Of a DNA stretch of 64,000 nt, positions 24,639 to 34,664 are shown piece by piece. Source of the stretch: Clostridia bacterium (GTDB taxonomy: Bacteria > Bacillota > Clostridia > Christensenellales > CAG-138). Location: positions 1,500 through 65,499 of the forward strand of contig JAFYOP010000001.1 in assembly GCA_017547885.1 (NCBI GenBank). The letters run 5' to 3'. Both the position numbers and the translations under genes were made by a program. The first letter of the stretch is position 1, and the number at the start of each line of letters is the position of its first letter. A model generated the notes under the pieces. The model worked only from the letters and a program-made list of their open reading frames with translations. It did not search any database and had not been told where the DNA came from.

Positions 24639-25973
24639 CTACTTAGTGATGCTCCTGCACTCCAGATAGTACCTCTTCTCGTGGGCTTCGCCCATGGAGA
24701 AGGTCTTGCGGGGCAGGGCGCCGTCGAAGATAACTGTGGGGAAGAAGGCGGCCTTATCCATGGAGGGGAGCAGGAAGCCCATGTTGCCTTCCTTGCTTCC
24801 AAGGTCGTTTACAACGTCCGCGCCGTGGATGTAGTCTATGGTCGCGCCCTCGGTCTCCTTGATGAGGATATCCAGGGCGTTCTGGAGGGTGCCTACTTCC
24901 AGCTGAGCAACAGGATTTTCAACATGCAGGCAGCCCACGCCTTCCTTGCTTACGAAGGGGATGATATGTCCGGCCTTGCCGGCGGTCTCAGCCTTGAGCT
25001 CTTCGAAGGAGGAGAAGGCGTGCACTTCGCAGGAACCGTTCTGCTCTATGAGCTTATTCTTTATCCATTCAAGGGCACCGTCTCCAACGTTGAAGATTAC
25101 GCGGTGGATGGGCTCGAAAATGATGCCTTCATCGTGAACGTTTTCCAGTTCAACCAGGCAGTAGCGGGCGGGATGCTCATCGGAGGCGGACAGGCCTTCC
25201 TCTGCCTTTACCCGCTCCCAGTTTGCCTTGGCGGTGGCGAAGGAATGGTTGCCGTCGCCCATGGCGAAGAGCAGGGGAGCCTGATCGGTTTCGTACTTGG
25301 CGGCGTAGGCGTCCTTTTCAATGAGGGCCTCAAGGGCAGCGATAACGCCCTTTACCTGAGCCTCGTCCTTTACAAGGTAGCCCTCGATGTGGCCGCCCTT
25401 CTGCATAAGGTCAAAGTCATAGAGCTTTTCGGTCTTATCAAGGGCTTCGCCGATGGGCTCGATAACGGTGCGGGCGGGGTCGTCTATCAGCACCAGTATG
25501 TGGGGCATCTCAAGGGGAGCGTCCTTGCGGATGCGCAGGCGGGGAGGTATGCGCTCCACAATGGTGCCTTCGGTGGCGCGGATAAGGGTGGTGGAACCCT
25601 TGGTATAGTCGTAATTTTCAAGGTCAAGGGCCACTATAAGGCCCTTGCGGGTGCGGCCCTCAACGGTGCGCAGAACGTAGGCAAAGCCCTCGCCCTTGTT
25701 TTCCAGTACGCCGTTTTCAACGTACTGCTTCATGTGGGAGTTTATGGAGACTATGCGCTCTGCCTCGTCGGGCTTGTCAAGGTAAAGCTCGGGCAGCATT
25801 ATGCGGAGGGTGGAGGGGGCGTCCCCAACTATGGACTCGGTCTCGTTCCAGTAATCCGGCTGGGAGGTATACTGGTCGCAGGCAACAACGGCCCACTTGG
25901 TCATGTCAACGGCGGAATTGGGCAGCAGCAGTTCGGGCACCTTAACGCCTATGGAGTTAGCATACTTAGTCAT
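24639..25973 (-). CDS. DUF1015 domain-containing protein
   Basis: 444-aa ORF after ACGGAGG. The N-terminal pattern LLLPNSAVDMTKWAVVACDQYTSQPDYW and the overall length match DUF1015 proteins as I recall them. Confidence 0.8.
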   Translation of the reverse strand: MTKYANSIGVKVPELLLPNSAVDMTKWAVVACDQYTSQPDYWNETESIVGDAPSTLRIMLPELYLDKPDEAERIVSINSHMKQYVENGVLENKGEGFAYVLRTVEGRTRKGLIVALDLENYDYTKGSTTLIRATEGTIVERIPPRLRIRKDAPLEMPHILVLIDDPARTVIEPIGEALDKTEKLYDFDLMQKGGHIEGYLVKDEAQVKGVIAALEALIEKDAYAAKYETDQAPLLFAMGDGNHSFATAKANWERVKAEEGLSASDEHPARYCLVELENVHDEGIIFEPIHRVIFNVGDGALEWIKNKLIEQNGSCEVHAFSSFEELKAETAGKAGHIIPFVSKEGVGCLHVENPVAQLEVGTLQNALDILIKETEGATIDYIHGADVVNDLGSKEGNMGFLLPSMDKAAFFPTVIFDGALPRKTFSMGEAHEKRYYLECRSITK

Positions 25974-26228
25974 GAAACAGCCTCCGTTTTTAGTTTTGAT
26001 AATTTTGCTGGATAAAGTTATTTAGTGTAGATTTGCTGTGATGAAATTGCACCTAAAAAATTTTTAGGCAACATGTCTTTTTTTATATGATATAACGTTA
26101 ACCCTCTCAGGTCAATGAATCTTTTTGGCCTGAGGAATATTTTTTTAAAACTTTTTTGCATTTTATCGCTTTAATCTGCTAAAGTATGGTGGTATAATCT
26201 TTATATACTGAAAAAATGGAGGCGGCAC

Positions 26229-26516
26229 ATGTACAAAAGCAAGCTGATGACAGAGGATACCGAGGCCTTTTTCAATGCCATACTGTCCCTCAGGACTACC
26301 GAAGAATGCTGCCGCTTCTTTGAAGACGTGGCAACCATAGGAGAAGTACAGGCTATGGCACAGCGGCTGCAGGTTGCAAAGCTGCTGGCTCAGGGGCTGA
26401 AGTATTCGGACATTGCCCGGCAGACCGGCGCCTCCACCGCCACCATTTCCCGTGTCAGCCGCTGCCTTGGCTATGGCGCAGACGGCTACAAGCTGGTGCT
26501 GGAGCGCATGGAATAG
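26229..26516 (+). CDS. YerC/YecD family TrpR-related protein
   Basis: 95-aa ORF after TGGAGG. Motif RLQVAKLL..G..Y.DI...TGASTATISRV. Confidence 0.85.
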   Translation: MYKSKLMTEDTEAFFNAILSLRTTEECCRFFEDVATIGEVQAMAQRLQVAKLLAQGLKYSDIARQTGASTATISRVSRCLGYGADGYKLVLERME

Positions 26517-26530
26517 CAAAAACACATTTC

Positions 26531-26563
26531 AACAGGCAGGCTTTACAGCCTGCCTGTTGTTTA
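26531..26563. terminator. Bidirectional intrinsic terminator
   Basis: AACAGGCAGGCT-TTAC-AGCCTGCCTGTT followed by GTTT, between convergent yerC-like and spoIID genes. Confidence 0.75.
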
Positions 26564-26591
26564 GCCTGAATGGATTTAGCCATGGTTTTCT

Positions 26592-27587
26592 TTATTGTGC
26601 GGCCATAGAGCAAGGGGGCTGATCCATTTTGTCTATCTCCACCCCGGTATAGTAATGGGTCAATATCTCCCTGTAGTCTGCGCCGCCGAGTGCCATGGCC
26701 CGTGCGCCGTACTGGCTCAAGCCAACGCCGTGGCCGTAGCCCACGGTGCGTATGAGTACGGTGTCGGATATATCTATGGTGAAGTTTGCGCTGTTAAGGT
26801 TCAGCAGCTTGCGCATCTCCTTGCCGGATACAGTGATTTTGTTGAGCCTCAGCGTTTCCACCTGCCCGCTGTCATAGCGGGAGAGTATCTCCACCTGGGA
26901 AGAGAGCTTTTTGCGGTCCAGCTTGGCCTTGGGCCATTTTTTATTTACCGCCGCGGCAAATTCCCGGGGGGTGTATTGCTTTTCCCCGTGATACTTGCTG
27001 CCCTCCTCGCCGGGGCTTTCCACCCCCACAAGGTAGGGCAGAGCAGAGGAAAAAACATTCTGTGCATCTTCCGTCCGCCCGCCTGCGGAGGAATGGTACA
27101 GGGCCTCTATGGGGGAATCGTTGTAAAGTATCACTTCCCCCTCTGTGGAGTATACCGCCTCTGTCAGCTTATCCATGTAGCGGCGGGCATTATCGCCCCA
27201 GTTGGCCCTTAGCTCTTCGGGGGCGGTATACGCCTGACAGCAGGAGCTGTCGGTGCATATGTCCGCGCCATCCTTGCCGCAGCCTTTTCCGCCGTAGCAG
27301 GCCATGCGCCGTACCGCGTATGTGCGGGCAGCCACCGCCTGTGCCTTCAGCGCCTCAAGGGGGAATGAGGCAGGCATTTCGCCGCCAACCACCCCTATGA
27401 GGTATTCGTTCAATGACATCACCAGCACCTCCCCGTCGCTAAAAACGGCGATATCCGGAGAGGTGACAGGAGCATGCTGCTGTTCCCGGGATATGGCGCA
27501 TCCCCTTATGCCTGCGATCAAAAGGCACAGGGCAAATGCGGCAAGCAGCGTGCACGGATAAATACTTTTGACAGAATGGCGCTTCAT
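26592..27587 (-). CDS. spoIID: Stage II sporulation protein D (SpoIID/LytB domain)
   Basis: Track ORF 26592..27743, start set at ATG 27587 (MKRHSVK.., signal anchor). Motifs ALKAQAVAARTYA, CTDSSCQAY and GYGHGVGLSQYGA. Confidence 0.85.
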   Translation of the reverse strand: MKRHSVKSIYPCTLLAAFALCLLIAGIRGCAISREQQHAPVTSPDIAVFSDGEVLVMSLNEYLIGVVGGEMPASFPLEALKAQAVAARTYAVRRMACYGGKGCGKDGADICTDSSCCQAYTAPEELRANWGDNARRYMDKLTEAVYSTEGEVILYNDSPIEALYHSSAGGRTEDAQNVFSSALPYLVGVESPGEEGSKYHGEKQYTPREFAAAVNKKWPKAKLDRKKLSSQVEILSRYDSGQVETLRLNKITVSGKEMRKLLNLNSANFTIDISDTVLIRTVGYGHGVGLSQYGARAMALGGADYREILTHYYTGVEIDKMDQPPCSMAAQ

Positions 27588-27696
27588 AGCATATCTGTAT
27601 GCGGGGCTGCCCTGCGAAATACGTTGCGGAGCATGGCGGGGGTGGATTATAATAATATATGGAAAATGCGGTATTTTGTCACATCGGAGGAAAAAC

Positions 27697-28461
27697 ATGT
27701 CAGCTGAAAAGACAGAACTTAGGGAAATACTGGAAAACAACATAGGTGATGTATATAAAAACGCCCTTTCGGCCCTGAAGGATCAGACCGCCGCCAAGGA
27801 GGTTACCCGCCGTGTAATGGCGCTGCTGAAGCGCACATTTGAGGCGGGCCTTTCGGTGACCCCTGATACCGTAAAGCGGCTGACGGAGGACTGCTGCAAA
27901 GAGCAGCTCAGCTATAACAGCAAAAAGGCTGCCTTTCGTGACGGCGTCATCGCCGACATGCCGGACTTTGATACTGCCATAGCCTCAATAACGGGGGAGG
28001 AAGTGCGCGCAAAGGCCCGAAGCGACGCGGAGGATAAGGCCGCCGAAGCCCACAGGGCCATCCGCCAGGCAGAAGCATTGGAGGGCAGGACTATAACCGC
28101 GGCTGAGTCCGTTTGGGCTATACCTGAGCAAAGGCAGGTCAGCGCCGTGGATGAAGCAAAGGCCCGGGTGGAAAAGGTGTGGGCGGAGCTTGATCTTGAC
28201 GATGATGACGATTACGATGATGACGATTGCGACGAATATGATGACGATGACGATGAAGAGTACGAGCCTCTGTTTGAAAAGAAAGAGAGGCCTCCGGTAC
28301 TGCCCCTGATAGGTATATGGGCGCTGATAGTGCTGCTGGCCTTAGTGGCGGTTTGCCTGATGGTGATGCTGATGCAGCGCAACGTACTGCCCGGCGGATC
28401 AAGTCCCTTTGTGCAGAATTTTACCGCTTGGTTCAATTCACATCTTTTCCCACTGTTTTAA
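27697..28461 (+). CDS. Hypothetical protein with a poly-Asp tract and a C-terminal TM anchor
   Basis: Track ORF 27568..28461, start set at ATG 27697 after GGAGGAAAAAC. Contains DLDDDDDYDDDDCDEYDDDDDEEYE followed by one TM segment. Confidence 0.5.
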   Translation: MSAEKTELREILENNIGDVYKNALSALKDQTAAKEVTRRVMALLKRTFEAGLSVTPDTVKRLTEDCCKEQLSYNSKKAAFRDGVIADMPDFDTAIASITGEEVRAKARSDAEDKAAEAHRAIRQAEALEGRTITAAESVWAIPEQRQVSAVDEAKARVEKVWAELDLDDDDDYDDDDCDEYDDDDDEEYEPLFEKKERPPVLPLIGIWALIVLLALVAVCLMVMLMQRNVLPGGSSPFVQNFTAWFNSHLFPLF

Positions 28462-28543
28462 CGGTTTGTACATATTTTCTCAATTGGATTATGCTATCAT
28501 AATATTGAAGACATATCCGTACAATATAATTCGAGGTGATATT

Positions 28544-29047
28544 ATGGAATCCGTAACTCAATACATTTTAGGCTGGAACACCCCCGCTGTAATATGCCTC
28601 GTTGCAGGCATGGTGCTGATGGCCATAGAAATATTCACACCCGGCATGGGTGCGCCCGCCATATTCGGCAGCATTTCCCTGATAGCCGCAATAATACTCA
28701 GGGCAGACAGCATAGAGACTGCCCTCATCACCCTTGTGCTGATACTTATTCCCCTGCTGCTGGGTGCAGGCATTGCTATTCGTTCCTTTTCCAGGGGCGC
28801 GCTGAACCGCTCTCCCGTGGTATTGAAGGACAAGATAGAAGGCAGCTCCACCTCCCTTTCGGATGCCGAGATGCAGCAGCTGGTGGGGGCAGAGGGCGTA
28901 GCCCTTACCGCACTTCGCCCCGCAGGCAACGGAGTATTTGACGGCAGAAGGCTGGACGTTGTAACAAGCGGTGGATTTATTGCCAAGGACAGCCCTATCC
29001 GCATCGTTGCCATTGAGGGTCTTCGCATAATGGTGGAAAAGGTATGA
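28544..29047 (+). CDS. NfeD family membrane protein (short form, no protease domain)
   Basis: Track ORF 28409..29047, start set at ATG 28544 after GAGGTGAT. TM-rich N-terminus plus an NfeD-type C-terminal beta domain (GVALTALRPAGNGVFDGRRLDVVT). Lies upstream of floA. Confidence 0.75.
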   Translation: MESVTQYILGWNTPAVICLVAGMVLMAIEIFTPGMGAPAIFGSISLIAAIILRADSIETALITLVLILIPLLLGAGIAIRSFSRGALNRSPVVLKDKIEGSSTSLSDAEMQQLVGAEGVALTALRPAGNGVFDGRRLDVVTSGGFIAKDSPIRIVAIEGLRIMVEKV

Positions 29048-29289
29048 GCCTGAAATTCTGCAAAACCTGCGGCACTCTTTACGACGAGGCCAAGGTGGAA
29101 TGCCCAAAGTGCGCCGCAAAGGCGCTGGAGCCCGATTATGATGAGCTGACCTATGACCGGGAAATGGACAAGGCGGAAGCGGACAGGCTTCGCAGAAAAA
29201 GCTGGATACAGCTGATAATAGGAGTGCCCGCGTTCATAGGCGTATTGTATCTTGCGGGATACCTTATAAAGATGTTTGTTTTAAAATAG
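29044..29289 (+). CDS. Zinc-ribbon protein with a C-terminal TM helix
   Basis: 81-aa ORF overlapping the nfeD stop (ATGA). Contains CKTCG..CPKC followed by one TM segment. Confidence 0.55.
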   Translation: MSLKFCKTCGTLYDEAKVECPKCAAKALEPDYDELTYDREMDKAEADRLRRKSWIQLIIGVPAFIGVLYLAGYLIKMFVLK

Positions 29290-29311
29290 TAAACATAGAG
29301 AGGAGAAAAGT

Positions 29312-30280
29312 ATGGACTTTATCGTAGTAATATTCCTTGTAGTGGCAATTATAATCTTCCTTGCGCTGTTCTTCAGCTTTGTGCCCATCGGCCTGTGGAT
29401 CTCCGCCACAGCTTCCGGCCTGAGGGTGGGCCTGTTCCAGCTGGTGGCCATGCGCATCCGCAAGGTTGTTCCCAGCCGCATAATCAACCCCGCCATCAAG
29501 GCCACCAAGGCCGGCATGGAAGTGCCCCTCAACAAGCTTGAGGCTCATTACCTTGCGGGCGGTAATGTTGACCGCGTTGTAAACGCACTTATCGCCGCAC
29601 AGCGTGCCGGCATCCCTCTGGACTTTGAGCGTGCCTGCGCAATAGACCTTGCGGGCCGCGATGTGCTCAACGCCGTGCAGATGAGCGTTAACCCCAAGGT
29701 CATCGAAACTCCCGTTATCGCAGCCATTGCAAAGGACGGCATAGAGCTTCGCGCAAAGGCAAGGGTGACCGTTCGTGCCAATATCGACCGTCTGGTTGGC
29801 GGCGCAGGCGAGGAGACCATCATCGCCCGTATCGGCGAGGGCATCGTTACCACGGTAGGTTCTTCCACCAGCCACAAGGACGTACTGGAGAACCCCGACC
29901 TTATCTCCCAGACCGTGCTGAACAAGGGCCTTGACGCAGGTACCGCCTTTGAAATTCTCTCCATCGACATTGCGGACGTGGACGTTGGCCGCAACGTTGG
30001 CGCACAGCTGCAGATAGACCAGGCAGAAGCCGACAAGCGCATCGCCCAGGCAAAGGCGGAAGAGCGCCGTGCCATGGCGGTTGCTCAGGAGCAGGAAAAC
30101 AAGGCAGAGGTACAGGGCATGCGCGCACGCGTTATCGAGGCGGAGGCAGAAGTTCCCAAGGCCATCGCCGCCGCATTCCGGGACGGCAAGCTGGGCGTAA
30201 TGGATTACTACAACATGCAGAATATAATTTCGGACACCCGTATGAGAGACTCCATTGCCGGAGAGGGCAAGAACTCCTAA
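29312..30280 (+). CDS. floA: Flotillin-like protein FloA
   Basis: 322-aa ORF after GAGAGGAGAAAAG. Start is UPF0365/FloA-typical ([30 protein letters not shown]). Confidence 0.9.
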   Translation: MDFIVVIFLVVAIIIFLALFFSFVPIGLWISATASGLRVGLFQLVAMRIRKVVPSRIINPAIKATKAGMEVPLNKLEAHYLAGGNVDRVVNALIAAQRAGIPLDFERACAIDLAGRDVLNAVQMSVNPKVIETPVIAAIAKDGIELRAKARVTVRANIDRLVGGAGEETIIARIGEGIVTTVGSSTSHKDVLENPDLISQTVLNKGLDAGTAFEILSIDIADVDVGRNVGAQLQIDQAEADKRIAQAKAEERRAMAVAQEQENKAEVQGMRARVIEAEAEVPKAIAAAFRDGKLGVMDYYNMQNIISDTRMRDSIAGEGKNS

Positions 30281-30316
30281 TGCCCTGATTATTTCCCGGG
30301 AAAGGAGGGAGCTTAA

Positions 30317-30871
30317 GTGGATGGTTTAATATTCCTTGCCATACTTGCAGTGGCAGCCAAGTACGCCATAAAGGAAGGGCAGAAGAATGCTGACAAGCAA
30401 AAGGCAAAGCAGCGGCAGGCTCAGTGGCAGCAAAGCCATCAGGCAGAGCAGCCGCAGCCCCGTCAGTATCATCCCGCATTTGACACGGAAGAGGTACAGC
30501 CTGTAACCATGCAGGACCTTATGCGCCAGGCGAAAAACGCGGCGGGCGCCGTAAAGGAAAAGGTAACACAGCACCGCCCCGCGGCGGGCAGCATGGTCTA
30601 TGATTCCTCCGAGGGGGAGGGGCATATCGACGGCGATTACCGCTTTGAGGAGATCACTCCACATTCCGATGACCACGTGGTAAAGCCCCTAACCGAAACA
30701 AAGCACATACACACCGAAAGCACTATAATGGGCTCTGAAAAGTGTGAGCCTGCGGACAAGGACGTATACGGGCAACCTGCGGCAGTTGCAGCCGAGGCGG
30801 AAATGTCCGACATCCGCAAGGCCATCATCTGGAGCGAGATAATCGGCAAACCAAAGGCGCTGAGAAGGTAA
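30317..30871 (+). CDS. Hypothetical membrane-anchored protein
   Basis: 184-aa ORF with a GTG start 7 nt after AAAGGAGGGA. N-terminal TM segment then a Gln/Lys-rich segment. No family recognised. Confidence 0.45.
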   Translation: MDGLIFLAILAVAAKYAIKEGQKNADKQKAKQRQAQWQQSHQAEQPQPRQYHPAFDTEEVQPVTMQDLMRQAKNAAGAVKEKVTQHRPAAGSMVYDSSEGEGHIDGDYRFEEITPHSDDHVVKPLTETKHIHTESTIMGSEKCEPADKDVYGQPAAVAAEAEMSDIRKAIIWSEIIGKPKALRR

Positions 30872-30920
30872 AAGCAGCCTACCGACATCCCAAACTCAAC
30901 AGGGAGTAAAGGAGGAAGGC

Positions 30921-31655
30921 ATGAAGACAAAGCTCAAGCTGACGCCCGGGCGGATAGTGACCGCCTTGCTGTGGATAGCCGGCATTGCCTTTCTTATCTG
31001 GCGGACGGGCTGGTACAACGACTATGTGGCAAGCCTTCCGGAATTTGAGACCGAGGGCAATGTGCTGAAAAGATACAATGGAAACAGCGAGCACGTTGTT
31101 ATAGGCCATGGCATTGAGGAGATAGGCAGCGGAGCATTCGCTGACAATCGCGAAATAAAGTCCGTGGATATACCCAACAGCGTCACCTATATAGGGCGGA
31201 GTGCTTTTGATGGCTGCATATCCCTTGAAAGCGTAAGTTTTTCTGTCAATCTTAAGGAAATAGGACCCTGGGCCTTTTATGGGGCAGAATCCCTGGGGCA
31301 TGTGGAATTCCCGGAGGGGCTTGCGATTATACACTTCAGTGCCTTTGAGGACTGCAAAAGCCTCACCTTTGACAGCCTGCCTCAGTCCCTTGGGGATATG
31401 AGCGCAAATGTATTTAAGGAATGCGACAGCCTTGAAACGGTGGTGATACCTGAGGGCGTGCGGTCGATACAGGACTGGGCCTTTGGCAACTGCGACAGTC
31501 TTACGGATGTATACGTGCCGGATACGGTGCGGGAAGTGGAAGAGCTGGCTTTTGAGAACAGCCATAATGTGGTGATACACACCATAAACTCTACGGTGGC
31601 CAAGTTCGCCAAAGAGGCAGGACTGCCGCTGGATTACGACATGACGGTGGATTAA
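30921..31655 (+). CDS. Leucine-rich repeat (BspA-type) protein with an N-terminal anchor
   Basis: 244-aa ORF after AAAGGAGGAAGG. Repeated units of the form IP.SVT.IG..AF..C.SL. Confidence 0.75.
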   Translation: MKTKLKLTPGRIVTALLWIAGIAFLIWRTGWYNDYVASLPEFETEGNVLKRYNGNSEHVVIGHGIEEIGSGAFADNREIKSVDIPNSVTYIGRSAFDGCISLESVSFSVNLKEIGPWAFYGAESLGHVEFPEGLAIIHFSAFEDCKSLTFDSLPQSLGDMSANVFKECDSLETVVIPEGVRSIQDWAFGNCDSLTDVYVPDTVREVEELAFENSHNVVIHTINSTVAKFAKEAGLPLDYDMTVD

Positions 31656-31665
31656 TCACAATATT

Positions 31666-31697
31666 AAAAGCTCCGCACATTATTGTGCGGAGCTTTT
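31666..31697 (+). terminator. Intrinsic terminator after the LRR gene
   Basis: AAAAGCTCCGCACA-TTATT-GTGCGGAGCTTTTGTG. Confidence 0.85.
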
Positions 31698-31716
31698 GTG
31701 TGCTTTCATTCAAACC

Positions 31717-31820
31717 GGGAATACCTTACCCACACAGGCAACACCGGCCTTTGGACAGAGCATCCCTTTTTCCCGCAGGGAAAAAGTACATTGAAGGGCG
31801 GTGGGAGGGAATAGATAATA
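31717..31820. repeat. Family A element, truncated copy A4 (right half plus a degenerate left arm)
   Basis: GGACAGAGCATCC, then CTTTTTCCC-GCA-GGGAAAAAG, then TACATTGAAGGGCGGTGGGAGGGAATAGATAATAAG. The left side has only a TACCTTACCCACACAGG remnant. Confidence 0.7.
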
Positions 31821-31830
31821 AGCCGCAAAT

Positions 31831-31863
31831 AAAAAGCCTTCCGGTTAAACTCACAGGAAGGCC
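31831..31863 (-). terminator. Intrinsic terminator of minus-strand gene 31883..33253
   Basis: On the minus strand, GCCTTCC-loop-GGAAGGC followed by TTTTT. Confidence 0.65.
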
Positions 31864-31882
31864 TGATCCTTTGGTATGCTGC

Positions 31883-33253
31883 TTAATATATGGGATATCC
31901 GCTTATGAACATCCACAGGTAGATGAGCATGGATGCTGCAAGGAGCAGCAGCGCGGCTGCCCGCAGGAACTTTTTGCCCTTGGTAAGCTCTGCAATGCCG
32001 AAGGCCAGAGGGAAGCACACCGCAAGGTACCTTGGGCCGCTTAAGAGCCATGTGCAGCCGATGGTCACGGCAAAGTATACCAATGCGTAGCCGCTGTATG
32101 CGGGGCGCAGCTTTTTCATGGAGGGGATAAGCAGGCCAAGGAAGCCGAAGGCGCAGAGGAGATTTGGCAAAAACAGCCCGTATGCCATCTTTGCGTCCCC
32201 GGTGATAATATTCTTCAGCAGCAGGTCTGTCTGGTAGGCGGCTGTGCCGAAGAAGGGGCCCAGCTGCTGGCTCCAGTGCTCGCTCTGATATTTAAGGAAG
32301 GTAAAGGCAGAGCCTGTTACAAGATGGTTGATAAGGAGATATCCCGCGGTGCCCAGGGCTATCATGGCTGTGCCGCCCAGTCGGGAGGCTATGGCCCTGG
32401 AGGAGAGGGGCTTGTTGCGGACGTGATCCGTAAGTGCCTCTATAAATATGGGAGCTATCAGAAGCAGGCCAACCGAGCGGGTGAATGCCGCAAGGGCGCC
32501 GAATCCTCCCGAAAGGAGATACTTCTTTTTGCGGGCGCAGAACAGACAGCTCAGGGAAAGCAGCAGGAAAAGGCTTTCCGTCATGGGGGCCGCAAGGAAA
32601 AAGCTGCCGGGGAATACCGAAAGCAGGGTGGACGCAAAGAGGGCGTCCTTTCGTTCCATGTCAAGGGCAGCCAGCTCATAAGCCATAATGCCTGCGCCTA
32701 TGGCGCAAAGGTTGGAAATCACCATGGCGGAGGCAAAGTAATTGCCCACGGCAAAATTAAACAGCTTTGTCAGCAGGGGATACAGGGGAAAGAATACTAT
32801 ATGTAAGCGGGGATCCCCCTCGGTAACGTACCAGTTTTGTGCAATGCCCTGATAGTGGGGGGCATCGGTGCGGTTCCACAGCCTTGCCATGGTGTCCAGC
32901 ATGCCGCCGGAGTAGCCGTTTTTCGCAAGGTCAAAGCTGTATGCGGCGGCGTAGAGGATAATGTGCAGCAGTATTACCCTCAGGGCGATGACCGCCCAGG
33001 GATGCCGCCTGTCAAAGCGGGAGGCGCGAATGCCGGGATCCGGCAGGAGGGCTTCTTCACCGGTAAGGCCGGTGTGCAGTGCGGGAAAGAACCTTGCAAT
33101 GCAAAGGCCGAAAAGCCCTGTACTGAGGGCTGCTGCAGCTATGGCCATAGCGGAATAGCCTGCGCCAAAGGCCCAGACTCCAAACCAGCCGCCCAAGCCT
33201 ATGAGCAATATGGGCGGAGCATATTTAATAAGTATTTTTTCGATCATATTCAT
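31883..33253 (-). CDS. Polytopic membrane glycosyltransferase-like protein (mannosyltransferase / PIG-V-like)
   Basis: Track ORF 31883..33373, start set at ATG 33253 (MNMIEKI). More than 10 TM segments. The family call is by recollected resemblance only. Confidence 0.5.
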   Translation of the reverse strand: MNMIEKILIKYAPPILLIGLGGWFGVWAFGAGYSAMAIAAAALSTGLFGLCIARFFPALHTGLTGEEALLPDPGIRASRFDRRHPWAVIALRVILLHIILYAAAYSFDLAKNGYSGGMLDTMARLWNRTDAPHYQGIAQNWYVTEGDPRLHIVFFPLYPLLTKLFNFAVGNYFASAMVISNLCAIGAGIMAYELAALDMERKDALFASTLLSVFPGSFFLAAPMTESLFLLLSLSCLFCARKKKYLLSGGFGALAAFTRSVGLLLIAPIFIEALTDHVRNKPLSSRAIASRLGGTAMIALGTAGYLLINHLVTGSAFTFLKYQSEHWSQQLGPFFGTAAYQTDLLLKNIITGDAKMAYGLFLPNLLCAFGFLGLLIPSMKKLRPAYSGYALVYFAVTIGCTWLLSGPRYLAVCFPLAFGIAELTKGKKFLRAAALLLLAASMLIYLWMFISGYPIY

Positions 33254-33529
33254 GTAAGCATTATAACACGGTACATATGCTAAAGGAACAGCGAGAAAAG
33301 AAGGATAAGGAGAATAAAGATAAAATGCAGAAAAGTTCCAGTAAAAAAATATGGGACAACAGCTGCCAACCATTACAAACTCTCATGGCTGATATGAATA
33401 TACTGTGGATTGTGCAGCGCCAAAACATATGGCCCAATATATTGAAAAACCTTATGCCGTCTAAGTAAATTCCATTATTTACATGTGTGCGGCAAGCAGA
33501 TATATGCCCGTCATGAATAGGTTATAATA

Positions 33530-33558
33530 TTGACAAGCGTTCACAATGTTGTTACAAT
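33530..33558 (+). promoter_or_regulatory. Consensus sigma-A-type promoter for 33681..34580
   Basis: TTGACA, a 17-bp spacer, then TACAAT. It leaves a ~115-nt leader before the start codon. Confidence 0.65.
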
Positions 33559-33680
33559 ATTAACGTTGAATGGACTGGGAGGTCGTGTATGCTTTCCCAT
33601 AGGGGAAATGAGAAAGCAGGCATGGGCAGCCCGGAAAGTTCGGACTCTTCAAAACTATTTTTTATTGGAGGATTTCTTTA

Positions 33681-34580
33681 ATGGTACTGGCTCTTCAGAT
33701 CATTCTGGGCATCTGCTTCGTAGGCATCGCTGGCATGCTGATCGTAGACATCAACAAGAACCACAAGGGCGAGCTCAAGTCCGCTGGCGGCAAGAAGTGG
33801 GCACAGGGCATGTTCGTAGGTATTCTGTGCAACTTCCTGGATACCCTCGGCTGCGGCTCCTTCGCTCCTTCCACCTTCCTTTACAAGGTATTCAAGAATG
33901 TTGAAGACATCAACATCCCTGGTACTCTGAACGTCGGCGATACCTTCCCCGTTATCTTCGAGGCTCTGATCTTCACCACCAGCGTAGAGTGCGAACCCGT
34001 ATTCCTGGTAGCTATGTGCGTAGCCGCCATGGTCGGTGCTTATGCATTTGCTGAGATCATCACTAAGTGGGAAATCAACCAGATCCGTCTGTGGCTCGGC
34101 TGGGCAATGGTAGCTTGCGCTATCATCATGGTTTGCAAGAACCACGGCGTTGGCCCCTTCGGCGCTGTAGGCGAAGGTGCTGGCTTCCTGCCCAATCAGT
34201 GGCAGTTCTGGGTAGCTGTTATCCTGAACGTTCTCTGGGGTGCTCTCATGGACGTTGGCTTCGGTCTGTATGCTCCCTGCATGGCAACCTGCCTGCTCCT
34301 CGGCTGCTCCGGTGGTACCTGCTTCCCCGTATTCATGGGCTCCTGCGCTCTGCTGATGCCTGCTAACTCCATCGTATTCATCAAGAAGGGTCGTTACGAC
34401 GCCGTTGCCACTCTGGGCAACTTCATCGGCGGCTGCATCGGCGTATTCATCGCTTGGAAGATCATCACCAGCCTCCCCATGTACTGGCTGATCAACCTGG
34501 TATGCGTAGTTCTGCTCTGGACTGCTTACACCATCCTCAGCGCACGCTCCAAGGCCCTCAAGGAAGCAAAGGCTGCCTAA
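33681..34580 (+). CDS. Polytopic permease of uncertain family (TSUP-like two-half architecture)
   Basis: 299-aa ORF after TGGAGGA, ~8 TM segments, with repeated LGCGSFAP / LGCSGGTCFP motifs. Uses ATC rather than ATA for Ile throughout, unlike most neighbouring genes. Confidence 0.6.
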   Translation: MVLALQIILGICFVGIAGMLIVDINKNHKGELKSAGGKKWAQGMFVGILCNFLDTLGCGSFAPSTFLYKVFKNVEDINIPGTLNVGDTFPVIFEALIFTTSVECEPVFLVAMCVAAMVGAYAFAEIITKWEINQIRLWLGWAMVACAIIMVCKNHGVGPFGAVGEGAGFLPNQWQFWVAVILNVLWGALMDVGFGLYAPCMATCLLLGCSGGTCFPVFMGSCALLMPANSIVFIKKGRYDAVATLGNFIGGCIGVFIAWKIITSLPMYWLINLVCVVLLWTAYTILSARSKALKEAKAA

Positions 34581-34607
34581 TAGGGTGATCGCTTAACAAG
34601 CAAAGCA

Positions 34608-34640
34608 AAAGGACGTTCCTTCGGGAGCGTCCTTTCTTTA
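34608..34640 (+). terminator. Intrinsic terminator after the permease gene
   Basis: AAAGGACGTTCC-TTCG-GGAGCGTCCTTTCTTT. Confidence 0.8.
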
Positions 34641-34664
34641 TGTTCCGGGGGAAAGGAATGGAGG

